Positions 1-7,288 of a DNA stretch of 27,680 bases are shown here, one piece after another. The position numbers were made by a program, and so were the translations under genes. A model generated the notes under the pieces. The model saw only the letters and a program-made list of their open reading frames with translations. It was not told the DNA's origin and did not search any database. This DNA is from a virus. Its lineage: Duplodnaviria > Heunggongvirae > Uroviricota > Caudoviricetes. Position 1 is the stretch's first letter. Each line of letters opens with the position of its first letter. The stretch lies in IMG/VR virus record IMGVR_UViG_2684622552_000002. One strand, 5' to 3'.

Positions 1-1
1 T

Positions 2-109
2 GATTACATCGAAATGTTTTATAACAGTAAGCGTCGGCATGGTTCTAGCGAACAGATGTCACCGACAGAATATGAAAACCAGTATTATCAACGGCTCGGA
101 AGTGTCTAG
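2..109 (+). mobile_element. C-terminal fragment of an IS3-family-like transposase (integrase-core tail), truncated at window start
   Basis: Frame beginning at nt 2 reads DYIEMFYNSKRRHGSSEQMSPTEYENQYYQRLGSV then TAG (107-109); FYN..RRH...SP.EYE resembles the C-terminal tail of IS3-family OrfB transposases. No terminal inverted repeat recognised downstream. Confidence 0.45.
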
Positions 110-187
110 ATTATCCGTGGCGATTCACTTTAAAGAAAAGGCTGATGGCGAAAAGTGGCCCGATGAGGGCCACAATACGGCTGTCAC

Positions 188-520
188 TTAGACGTAAATA
201 TCAATGGTGCCAGCGGTATTTGTATCGTCTTTTTTCTCTTCTTTTTTATCAGGCTGAACTGTCGCGTCTTTATTCTTTTTCTCTGCCTGCTGCCTTAACA
301 ACTGCTCCAGTTGAGCCCTGAGGCTTTCAATTTGCTTCTGTACCAATGCAGCCATTTCTTTTTTCTGCTGTGTCGTCATCCCCTCTTCCGATGAGATTTT
401 CCCAAGCTTTTCAGTCAGCACCTGAATTTGTCTTGTGATTTTGGCTATTTCTGATGTTCCTTCCGGGGCGGAGTTGTTTGAAATAACGGTTGAGGTATTC
501 CCCTGAATTGTGACAGACAT
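188..520 (-). CDS. flxA: FlxA-like protein (FliA-regulated prophage protein), 110 aa
   Basis: ORF translation MSVTIQGNTSTVISNNSAPEG...IDIYV matches, from memory, Qin prophage FlxA; coiled-coil/charged composition; AAGGAG RBS upstream on minus strand. Confidence 0.75.
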   Translation of the reverse strand: MSVTIQGNTSTVISNNSAPEGTSEIAKITRQIQVLTEKLGKISSEEGMTTQQKKEMAALVQKQIESLRAQLEQLLRQQAEKKNKDATVQPDKKEEKKDDTNTAGTIDIYV

Positions 521-543
521 AGATTTCTCCTTTTAAAAAAGCA

Positions 544-570
544 CTATCGGCATGCACAAAAAAATCTTTA
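544..570 (-). promoter_or_regulatory. sigma28 (FliA)-type promoter upstream of flxA
   Basis: Minus-strand sequence TAAAGATTTTTTTGTGCATGCCGATAG = TAAA-N15-GCCGATAG, matching the sigma28 consensus TAAA-N15-GCCGATAA, about 25 bp upstream of the flxA ATG. Confidence 0.5.
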
Positions 571-1000
571 ATCGTATTTCTTGTTTCATTAATTATTTGA
601 TGTTCAGATTGTTTTCCTCGCGGGCTGGCGCGCCTCAGAAAGTAAAGCTTGTTGACAGGGGTAAACGTTCGGCAATAATTTTCTGCCGCATGCGGGTGTT
701 GCATAAAACGTGCTACGTTCCTTTATCGACAGGTCAGGTCTCCGCTCACCCGCCGACGAGAAAGCAACACTGACATGCTAAAGCAAAAAATAGATGAATA
801 AGTTGAGTTGTGCATATGTAGCCTGACCGTCACAAAGTATATGGTGTCTGTACCAGTAAGATGATGGCCGGACTCTTTAAAAACGAGCTGACCTGCACAA
901 TACAGGATGGACTTAGCAATGGCTGCTCCTGGCACAAAGCGGACAGTGATCACCGTTCTTACGACTACTTTCTGACTTCCTTCGTGACTTGCCCTAAGCA

Positions 1001-1050
1001 TGTCTTACACCTCTTGTAATGACATTTGTAATTACAAGAGGTGTAAGACA
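1001..1050 (+). promoter_or_regulatory. relBE operator-like perfect inverted repeat (20-bp arms, 10-bp spacer) overlapping the relB start
   Basis: tgtcttacacctcttgtaat (1001-1020) is the exact reverse complement of attacaagaggtgtaagaca (1031-1050); lies immediately 5' of and overlapping the relB ATG, as expected for an autoregulated TA operator. Confidence 0.6.
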
Positions 1051-1289
1051 TGGGTAGCATTAACCTGCGTATTGACGATGAACTTAAAGCGCGTTCTTAC
1101 GCCGCGCTTGAAAAAATGGGTGTAACTCCTTCTGAAGCGCTTCCTCTCATGCTCGAGTATATCGCTGACAATGAACGCTTGCCGTTCAAACAGACACTCC
1201 TGAGTGATGAAGATGCTGAACTTGTGGAGATAGTGAAAGAACGGCTTCGTAATCCTAAGCCAGTACGTGTGACGCTGGATGAACTCTGA
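1050..1289 (+). CDS. relB: RelB antitoxin (ribbon-helix-helix), 79 aa
   Basis: Translation MGSINLRIDDELKARSYA...RNPKPVRVTLDEL matches RelB from memory; stop overlaps relE start (TGATG). Confidence 0.9.
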   Translation: MGSINLRIDDELKARSYAALEKMGVTPSEALPLMLEYIADNERLPFKQTLLSDEDAELVEIVKERLRNPKPVRVTLDEL

Positions 1290-1576
1290 TGGCGTATTTT
1301 CTGGATTTTGACGAGCGGGCACTAAAGGAATGGCGAAAGCTGGGCTAGACGGTACGTGAACAGTTGAAAAAGAAGCTGGTTGAAGTACTTGAGTCACCCC
1401 GGATTGAAGCAAACAAGCTCCGTGGTATGCCTGATTGTTACAAGATTAAGCTCCGGTCTTCAGGCTATCGCCTTGTATACCAGGTTATAGACGAGAAAGT
1501 TGTCGTTTTCGTGATTTCTGTTGGGAAAAGAGAACGCTCGGAAGTATATAGCGAGGCGGTCAAACGCATTCTCTGA
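1289..1576 (+). pseudogene. relE: relE toxin gene interrupted by an in-frame amber codon at codon 20 (TAG at 1346-1348)
   Basis: Reads MAYFLDFDERALKEWRKLG then TAG then TVREQLKKKLVEVLESPRIEANKLRGMPDCYKIKLRSSGYRLVYQVIDEKVVVFVISVGKRERSEVYSEAVKRIL; the rest is full-length RelE-like. The ORF track only recovers the downstream part from a TTG. Confidence 0.8.
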
Positions 1577-1647
1577 ACCAAAGCATGACATCTCTGTTTC
1601 GCACCGAAGGTGACACTTCTGCTTTGCGTTGACAGGAGAAGCAGGCT

Positions 1648-1803
1648 ATGAAGCAGCAAAAGGCGATGTTAATCGCCCTGATCGTCATCTGTTTAACCGT
1701 CATAGTGACGGCACTGGTAACGAGGAAAGACCTCTGCGAGGTACGAATCCGAACCGGCCAGACGGAGGTCGCTGTCTTCACAGTCTACGAACCTGAGGAG
1801 TAA
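1648..1803 (+). CDS. hokD: Hok-family small membrane toxin HokD (RelF), 51 aa
   Basis: atg at 1648 preceded by AGGAG; translation MKQQKAMLIALIVICLTVIVTALVTRKDLCEVRIRTGQTEVAVFTVYEPEE; too short for the ORF track. Confidence 0.85.
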   Translation: MKQQKAMLIALIVICLTVIVTALVTRKDLCEVRIRTGQTEVAVFTVYEPEE

Positions 1804-1871
1804 GAGACCAGGCGAGGGAGAAATCCCTCGCCACCTCTGATGTGTCAGGCATCCTCAATGCACCCGCACTT

Positions 1872-1896
1872 AACCCGCTTCGGCGGGTTTATTTTA
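1872..1896 (+). terminator. Rho-independent terminator after relB-relE-hokD
   Basis: Hairpin cccgc-ttcg-gcggg followed by a T-rich run (tttatttt). Confidence 0.6.
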
Positions 1897-2261
1897 TCTG
1901 TAAATATTTTTATAAAAATAATGCCCACACACAGCATAAAACAAAAAGTATCACAGATAAAAAAGGAGAGTAATGTGCAGATTTGTTGTTTTCCATATTT
2001 ACTCACTTTAACATAATCAATATTGATATGGTTGTTGTTTCGGTGGTTTCAAACGAGATGTTATGGTGATCTGGTAAAATTGCATAACATTAAAATTTAA
2101 TTTATCTAATCGCTTTTAATAATAAGCGTTGTGTTTATCCCAACAATCTGTTGTTTGACTTTTATTCCATTAATGTAGGGGCTTTACACTGGAACCAGTT
2201 TATTTATACTTTATACGCCAGCCTGAACAACTGGCACCTGCTGCGCCAGCAGAGACAACCG

Positions 2262-2540
2262 ATGGCGCACGATACCAAATTACACAATTCTGATGATTCT
2301 GCCGTCTTTGCCAGCAGGTGCGGACGGCGTTTTCATGCATTCAAATCGGACTGGTTCCAGCATCCACCATGCACTGAAGAGCAGGCTGAATGGATAATTC
2401 AGTGTTACCGCAGGCGCGGATACGAGGTTAAGAAAGCCCTTAGTCTCGACTACCGTCACTGGATAATCTCAGTCAGATTGCCTTACTCCGAACGCCCACC
2501 GCGTCCGTCCCGTACATTCCAGCAACGCATCTGGAGGTAA
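2262..2540 (+). CDS. Rem-like small prophage protein (hypothetical), about 92 aa
   Basis: ATG at 2262 in frame with track ORF 2151..2540 (the TTG-start extension lies in AT-rich DNA and is unlikely); sits between hokD and ydfU as rem does in Qin; stop is followed by GGAGG and the ydfU GTG. Confidence 0.5.
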   Translation: MAHDTKLHNSDDSAVFASRCGRRFHAFKSDWFQHPPCTEEQAEWIIQCYRRRGYEVKKALSLDYRHWIISVRLPYSERPPRPSRTFQQRIWR

Positions 2541-2541
2541 C

Positions 2542-3591
2542 GTGCGGGTATTACTTCGACCTGTTCTGGTACCGGAACTCGGGCTGGTGGTCGTTAAGCC
2601 GGGCCGTGAATCCATGCCGGTATTCCACAATACCCGGGTACTGGTGGAGCCGGAACCGAAAAGCATGCGTAATCTGCCGTCCGGGGTCGTTCCTGCCGTT
2701 CGCCAGCCGCTGGTGGAAGACAAAACATTGCTGCCGTTTTTCAGTAACGCACGGGTAATTCGTGCTGCTGGTGGTGCTGGTGCATTGTCTGACTGGCTGT
2801 TGCGCCATATTAAATCCTGCCAGTGGCCACACGGCGATTATCATCACAGCGAAACCGTTATTCACCGATATGGTACCGGCGCAATGGTGTTGTGCTGGCA
2901 CTGCGACAACCAGCTGCGTGACCAGACATCCGAATCACTCGAGCAACTTGCTCATCAAAACCTGTCAGCATGGATGATTGACGTCATCGGTCACGCAATA
3001 AGCGGTACGCAGGAGCGTGAATTATCTCTGGCTGAATTATCCTGGTGGGCGGTCCGCAATCAGCTGGCGGACGCGCTACCGGAAGCGGTATTACGTCGCT
3101 CGCTGGGATTACCAGCGGAAAAAATCTGCTCGGTGTACCGCGAAAGCGACATCGTACCGGGAGAGCAGACCGCCACCAGCATATTGAAACAGCGCACAAA
3201 AAATCTTGCACCGTTGCCTCACGCCCACCAGCAACAGAACCCACCACAGGAAAAGACGGTGGTCAGCATTGCCGTTGATCCTGAGTCTCCGGAATCTTTC
3301 ATGAAACGACCTAAACGTCGCCGCTGGGTTAACGAGAAATACACACGCTGGGTGAAGACACAGCCGTGTGCGTGTTGTGGTAAGCCAGCAGACGATCCCC
3401 ATCACCTGATTGGTCATGGTCAGGGCGGAATGGGGACAAAATCTCACGATATTTTCACGCTACCGCTGTGTCGGGAGCATCACAACGAGCTTCATGCGGA
3501 TCCTCTGGCGTTCGAAGAAAAGCATGGTTCTCAGGTTGATTTAATTTTTCGTTTTCTTGATCACGCCTTTGCAACTGGCGTGCTTGGGTAA
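2542..3591 (+). CDS. ydfU: YdfU-like DUF968 protein with C-terminal HNH-like zinc/His motif, 349 aa
   Basis: GTG start 5 nt after GGAGG; length and position match Qin YdfU; C-terminus contains CACCGK...HHLIGHGQGG...CREHHNELH (Cys/His nuclease-like motif). Confidence 0.75.
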   Translation: MRVLLRPVLVPELGLVVVKPGRESMPVFHNTRVLVEPEPKSMRNLPSGVVPAVRQPLVEDKTLLPFFSNARVIRAAGGAGALSDWLLRHIKSCQWPHGDYHHSETVIHRYGTGAMVLCWHCDNQLRDQTSESLEQLAHQNLSAWMIDVIGHAISGTQERELSLAELSWWAVRNQLADALPEAVLRRSLGLPAEKICSVYRESDIVPGEQTATSILKQRTKNLAPLPHAHQQQNPPQEKTVVSIAVDPESPESFMKRPKRRRWVNEKYTRWVKTQPCACCGKPADDPHHLIGHGQGGMGTKSHDIFTLPLCREHHNELHADPLAFEEKHGSQVDLIFRFLDHAFATGVLG

Positions 3592-3603
3592 AAGAGGTGA
3601 CTG

Positions 3604-3978
3604 ATGCTCATAGATTTGGTTTTACCTTACCCGCCGACGGTGAACACTTACTGGCGACGCCGTGGCAGCACATATTTTATCTCGGAGGAGGGAAAGCGTT
3701 ATCGCCGGGCTGTGGCGCTTATTGTTCGCCAGCAGCGGCTGAAATTAAGCCTGTCCGGAAGGCTGGCGATAAAGGTGATTGCAGAGCCACCGGATAAGCG
3801 TCGTCGCGACCTGGACAATATCCTGAAAGCACCGCTGGATGCGCTGACGCATGCGGGAGTGTTAATGGACGATGAGCAGTTTGATGAAATCAATATCGTT
3901 CGTGGTCAGCCAGTATCTGGAGGACGTCTGGGGGTGAAGATTTACCCCATAATGCATGAAGAGCAGGTCAAAAAATGA
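3604..3978 (+). CDS. rusA: RusA-family Holliday junction resolvase, 124 aa
   Basis: Translation contains the RusA hallmarks YPPTVNTYW and PDKRRRDLDNILKAPLDALT; stop overlaps Q start (ATGA). Confidence 0.85.
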   Translation: MLIDLVLPYPPTVNTYWRRRGSTYFISEEGKRYRRAVALIVRQQRLKLSLSGRLAIKVIAEPPDKRRRDLDNILKAPLDALTHAGVLMDDEQFDEINIVRGQPVSGGRLGVKIYPIMHEEQVKK

Positions 3979-4796
3979 AACTGGAAGATTTACCGAAATA
4001 CTACTCCCCAAAATCCCCTTGCCTGACCGATGCATCGGCCTCAACGTCAAAAGATGCGCTGAGTATCACTGATGTGATGGCCGCGCAGGGCATGACACAG
4101 AATCGGGCTGAGATGGGGTTTTCTGCGTTCCTGGGGAAAATGGGCATCAGTATGAATGACAGGGCGCGGGCAACAGAATTACTGGCAGATTATGCACTCA
4201 GTCGGTGCGATCGTGTGGCGGCGTTGAGAAAACTTCCGGCAGAAATAAAACCGGTAGTGATGCGCATTATGGCTTCGTACGCTTTTGAGGATTATGCCCG
4301 CAGCGCTGCGAGTAAAAAGCAGTGCCCTTGTTGCTATGGGGAAAAATTTATTGAAAGCGTAGTTTTTACAAACAAGGTCCAGTATCCGGATGGTAAGCCG
4401 CCGGTATGGGCAAAGTGTACGAAAGGTGTGCATCCGTCTTACTGGGAAGAATGGAAAAAAGTCAGGGAGGTGGTAAAAGTTGCCTGTCCGGAGTGTAGCG
4501 GAAAGGGTGAGGTTTCCACCGCCTTTAAGGATTGCCGTGGGCGTGGTGTCGCCATTCACCGTGAAGAGTCGGTAAAACGTGGTATGCCTGTTATCAGAGA
4601 CTGCCAGCGTTGTGGTGGTCGTGGCTATGAAAGACTACTATCAACGGAGGCATTTAATGCTATATGCGAGGTGACAAACCAGATAACACGCGCGTCATGG
4701 GAAAAAACAGTTAAGAAATTCTATGATGCGCTAGTGACCCGGTTTGATATTGAAGAAGCATGGGCTGAGCGGCAGTTAAAAAAGGTAACTAGGTAA
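3975..4796 (+). CDS. quuQ: Late-gene antiterminator Q (Qin/QuuQ-like), 273 aa
   Basis: Position immediately upstream of the late promoter, terminator, tRNAs and lysis genes; multiple CxxC zinc-binding motifs (CPCCYGEKF, CPECSGKGE, CQRCGGRGY). Confidence 0.75.
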   Translation: MKLEDLPKYYSPKSPCLTDASASTSKDALSITDVMAAQGMTQNRAEMGFSAFLGKMGISMNDRARATELLADYALSRCDRVAALRKLPAEIKPVVMRIMASYAFEDYARSAASKKQCPCCYGEKFIESVVFTNKVQYPDGKPPVWAKCTKGVHPSYWEEWKKVREVVKVACPECSGKGEVSTAFKDCRGRGVAIHREESVKRGMPVIRDCQRCGGRGYERLLSTEAFNAICEVTNQITRASWEKTVKKFYDALVTRFDIEEAWAERQLKKVTR

Positions 4797-4801
4797 CAAG
4801 G

Positions 4802-4830
4802 TTGATTTTTCCGGAATCTGTGGTAAATTC
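4802..4830 (+). promoter_or_regulatory. Putative late promoter PR' (-35 TTGATT, 17-bp spacer, -10 TAAATT) with presumed Q-utilisation region
   Basis: Located 6 bp after the Q stop codon and about 50 bp upstream of a strong terminator, the classic PR'/qut/tR' arrangement. Confidence 0.5.
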
Positions 4831-4876
4831 GTCATAACGATGGGCGTTTTATGCCTGACGTTAGAAGAGTTTCTAC

Positions 4877-4901
4877 AACCCGCCGCCGAGCGGGTTTTTT
4901 A
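4877..4901 (+). terminator. tR'-like rho-independent terminator of the short late leader transcript
   Basis: cccgc-cgccga-gcggg hairpin followed by TTTTTT. Confidence 0.65.
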
Positions 4902-4939
4902 TTGTGAAATTAATTACGGACCGTTATTATTCTGCTCCC

Positions 4940-5015
4940 GGCCCTTTAGCTCAGTGGTGAGAGCGAGCGACTCATAATCGCCAGGTCGCTGGTTCAAATC
5001 CAGCAAGGGCCACCA
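4940..5015 (+). tRNA. tRNA with CAU anticodon (tRNA-Ile2/lysidine type or tRNA-Met; ileZ-like)
   Basis: 76-nt cloverleaf: acceptor ggccctt/aagggcc, D-arm tagctcagtggtgagagc, anticodon loop ctCATaa, T-arm ggttcaaatcc, 3' discriminator A then CCA. Confidence 0.85.
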
Positions 5016-5115
5016 TCACAAACCGCCATTAGCTTATCAGGAAGAGCAGGCGACACGATAACAGGGTTGTTGGTGCGGGGGCGGGTCCCCGATGGCGGTC
5101 CATTATCGGTATTCA

Positions 5116-5192
5116 GCGTTGTTAGTTCAGCCGGACAGAGCAATTGCCTTCTAAGCAATCGGTCACTGGTTCGAATCCAGTACAGCGCGCCA
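5116..5192 (+). tRNA. tRNA-Arg (UCU anticodon; argN/argO-like)
   Basis: 77-nt cloverleaf: acceptor gcgttgt/acagcgc (one G-U), anticodon stem attgc/gcaat with loop ctTCTaa, T-arm ctggttcgaatccag, 3' CCA. Confidence 0.85.
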
Positions 5193-5377
5193 TATTCATT
5201 CTTCCAGATTCCTTCCGGCAGAGCCTTATACTGGAATATACCTGGCTCAGGATATTGTTGAAAATATTATATGTTTGTCAAAAATAAAAGTTCTGTTAAG
5301 TATTGATTGAGTGTTTGTTATACGGTCTAATGGTTTTTTCAGTATTAAATATTTATCATTCATATGGTGTGGGTAGA

Positions 5378-5656
5378 GTGAATATTGATGAGGCGTCGGG
5401 GTGTTTCATCCTTAGGCAGCGTATTGATATAGTCAATGCAGCACGAGCAAAGGCCTTCAGCCGTTTGACAGTTTTGTTCTGTACTCCTGATCGTCTTTCG
5501 GGAAGAGACGTTATTCTTCTGAATAGTGATGCTATACAGAGGGTTTGCGATGAGTTCATGGTTGCTAATTCAGAATTATTTGCTCTTGTTCAGGAGTACA
5601 ACAGAATAGCCAGGACCTGTGGTATGGATGAACTTCGGATTACTCATCTGGGGTAG
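5378..5656 (+). CDS. Hypothetical protein (orphan ORF; start uncertain: TTG 5303, ATG 5330 or GTG 5378)
   Basis: Only long ORF in this AT-rich stretch; no recognisable motif; no convincing RBS for any candidate start. Confidence 0.35.
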   Translation: MNIDEASGCFILRQRIDIVNAARAKAFSRLTVLFCTPDRLSGRDVILLNSDAIQRVCDEFMVANSELFALVQEYNRIARTCGMDELRITHLG

Positions 5657-6130
5657 ATACATATCTGGATTATCACCTGTTACGGTAAAAAGTGATTGCT
5701 TACTGTTTTTGTGAATGGCATTGCAGCAGCCGGATAATATCAGTGCTGGCTGACGGTGTGCTGGTAGCGGGTGTGGTGGTTGTTGCTTTCCCGTTGCTGA
5801 AAAAGAAAACGCCAGACTGTTAGCCGGGTATTAGTTAGCGGGAGAAATTTTTAAATACTTCACAATTCAGGCGGTTGACTGTTGTCTGGTTTGCGGGGAG
5901 TTTGTTAAAAGAAACTGGCATGGTGAATCCCCCTGTGCGGAGGGGCAATCAGCGAGTAGGTATATGGGATAATCGCGGATTCAGGTGCTGGTACTGAATT
6001 CACCGGGAGGCACCCGGCACCATGCACTTCAATAGATTCTCTCCACATTATGGATATTCTTTCAGAATATCCCACGCAGACTTTGTGTAAATGTTAACAA
6101 ATGTGCGTTTTATTTGATCTGATTCGCTGT

Positions 6131-6160
6131 TTGAGCGTCCAAAACAACGGTATATATAAT
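6131..6160 (+). promoter_or_regulatory. Putative sigma70 promoter for the TolA-like lipoprotein genes (-35 TTGAGC, -10 within TATATATAAT)
   Basis: TTGAGC followed 16-18 bp later by TATATA/TATAAT, about 30 bp upstream of the lipoprotein 1 RBS (GAGG) and ATG. Confidence 0.35.
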
Positions 6161-6189
6161 CCTTTACTATATGACATATGTGAGGAAAA

Positions 6190-6618
6190 ATGGGTTTTCG
6201 TAGCGCATCAATTCTTATGTTGATTATTAGTGGGATTATTATCGGGTGCACTGATACTGTATCGACAAATTATCATGACCGTACATCATATTACTCCGAT
6301 AAAGCAATAGAGACACAGTATGTGAGTTCATCTGAACGTACTTCTGATGTTAGTGAGGATATCCGTCTGTATGCCCATCAAATCAAGAGCGCCATCGAAA
6401 AACAGTTCGGGGATGCGAGTAAGTATTCAGGAAAAGAGTGTACACTGAGAATGCATATGGCCCCGAATGGCCTTCTACTGGAGGTTAAAAGAGAAAGTGG
6501 AGACCTCGATTTATGTCGTGAAGCGATGAATGCGATAAAGAATGCTGATATACCTGCCCCCCCTTCGCCGGAAGTATATAAAGTATTTCAAAATGGGGTG
6601 CTGGATTTTAAACCCTGA
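6190..6618 (+). CDS. Lipoprotein with TolA C-terminal (domain III)-like domain, 142 aa
   Basis: N-terminus MGFRSASILMLIISGIIIGC-TD is a signal peptide with a lipobox (IIGC; +2 Thr). C-terminal 80 aa (QIKSAIEKQFGDASKYSGKECTLRMHMAPNGLLLEVKRESGDLDLCREAMNAIKNADIPAPPSPEVYKVFQNGVLDFKP) aligns closely, by recall, with the C-terminus of E. coli TolA (QIKSAIESKFYDASSYAGKTCTLRIKLAPDGMLLDIK...IPKPPSQAVYEVFKNAPLDFKP). Confidence 0.8.
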   Translation: MGFRSASILMLIISGIIIGCTDTVSTNYHDRTSYYSDKAIETQYVSSSERTSDVSEDIRLYAHQIKSAIEKQFGDASKYSGKECTLRMHMAPNGLLLEVKRESGDLDLCREAMNAIKNADIPAPPSPEVYKVFQNGVLDFKP

Positions 6619-6768
6619 TATTTATTGTTTTGTAATAAACGGTTTCGGCTTAGGTTTGTTCTGACACAGCTACGGCACTGAGCTAAATTTAGCGGATAGT
6701 CAGCTCTGAGCCAGTGGCGGACGTAACAACTACTATTGCTGAGATTTTAATGGATTGAGGAGCAAGAA

Positions 6769-7164
6769 GTGGGATTAAAGAAAATCGTTATGTTGACTTT
6801 TTGGGTCGGTTTTGTTGCGGGATGCACACCTTTACACCCTTCAGATTGCCACAAAACTACTGCTACAGGTAGTTGCAGTTCAGGACGCTGGGATGATCAG
6901 GATGAATGGGGGGCGCAAGCGCGGGGAATCAGAGCTGCAATTAATGCCAAACTTGATGAGCCGCATAACTGGAAAGGGAAAAAATGCAGGTTGCATATGG
7001 AATTCTCTCAGGATGGCACGGCGTTAAAAATATCTACCAGTAACGGTGATAAAGCCTATTGCGAAGCGATAAAGTCCGCAGCTCATAAAGCCAAATTTCC
7101 GGCCTTCAACAATCCGGAAGTCTACAGAGATTTTCAGAAATCTGGCTTTGACATGCGAGGTTAG
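6769..7164 (+). CDS. Second, more divergent TolA domain III-like lipoprotein (paralog), 131 aa
   Basis: GTG start 6 nt after GAGGAG; MGLKKIVMLTFWVGFVAGC-TP signal peptide with lipobox; C-terminal region keeps the same scaffold as lipoprotein 1 and TolA (GKKCRLHM...DG...GD..YCEAIKSAAHKAKFPAFNNPEVYRDFQKSGFD). Confidence 0.75.
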   Translation: MGLKKIVMLTFWVGFVAGCTPLHPSDCHKTTATGSCSSGRWDDQDEWGAQARGIRAAINAKLDEPHNWKGKKCRLHMEFSQDGTALKISTSNGDKAYCEAIKSAAHKAKFPAFNNPEVYRDFQKSGFDMRG

Positions 7165-7288
7165 CTCTTCAATTACTATATCTCATTCATAGCAAACTGA
7201 CAGATTTGATGATGTTCTATATACGAAACCTGTGATGTCAAGTCTGAGCTAATACAAATAAACATAATATCAGAGAAATACATTTTAT

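Noticed and set aside
411-773. ORFs 411..704 (-) and 552..773 (+) in the flxA/relB intergenic region
   Set aside because: The first overlaps flxA in another frame; the second overlaps the flxA promoter; neither has an RBS or recognisable features. A ydfV-like gene might be expected here but I could not support one.
862-1020. Small plus-strand ORF (about 52 aa, MMAGLFKNELTCTIQDG...) ending inside the relO palindrome
   Set aside because: No clear RBS, below the size where I can judge coding potential, and it would terminate within the operator; left uncalled.
1973-2011. 12-codon ORF (MCRFVVFHIYSL) after a strong AAGGAG in the AT-rich stretch 1900-2150
   Set aside because: Too short and unconserved to call; may be a leader peptide or chance. 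The AT-rich tract itself looks like a promoter/H-NS-type region, but no specific element could be supported.
2151-2261. TTG-start N-terminal extension of the rem-like ORF
   Set aside because: The extension lies in AT-rich non-coding-looking DNA; an internal ATG at 2262 gives a more plausible start.
5016-5115. Possible third tRNA between the two tRNAs (as in ileZ-argN-argO clusters)
   Set aside because: No T-loop (GTTCRANYC) or acceptor-stem complementarity found in this 100-bp spacer.
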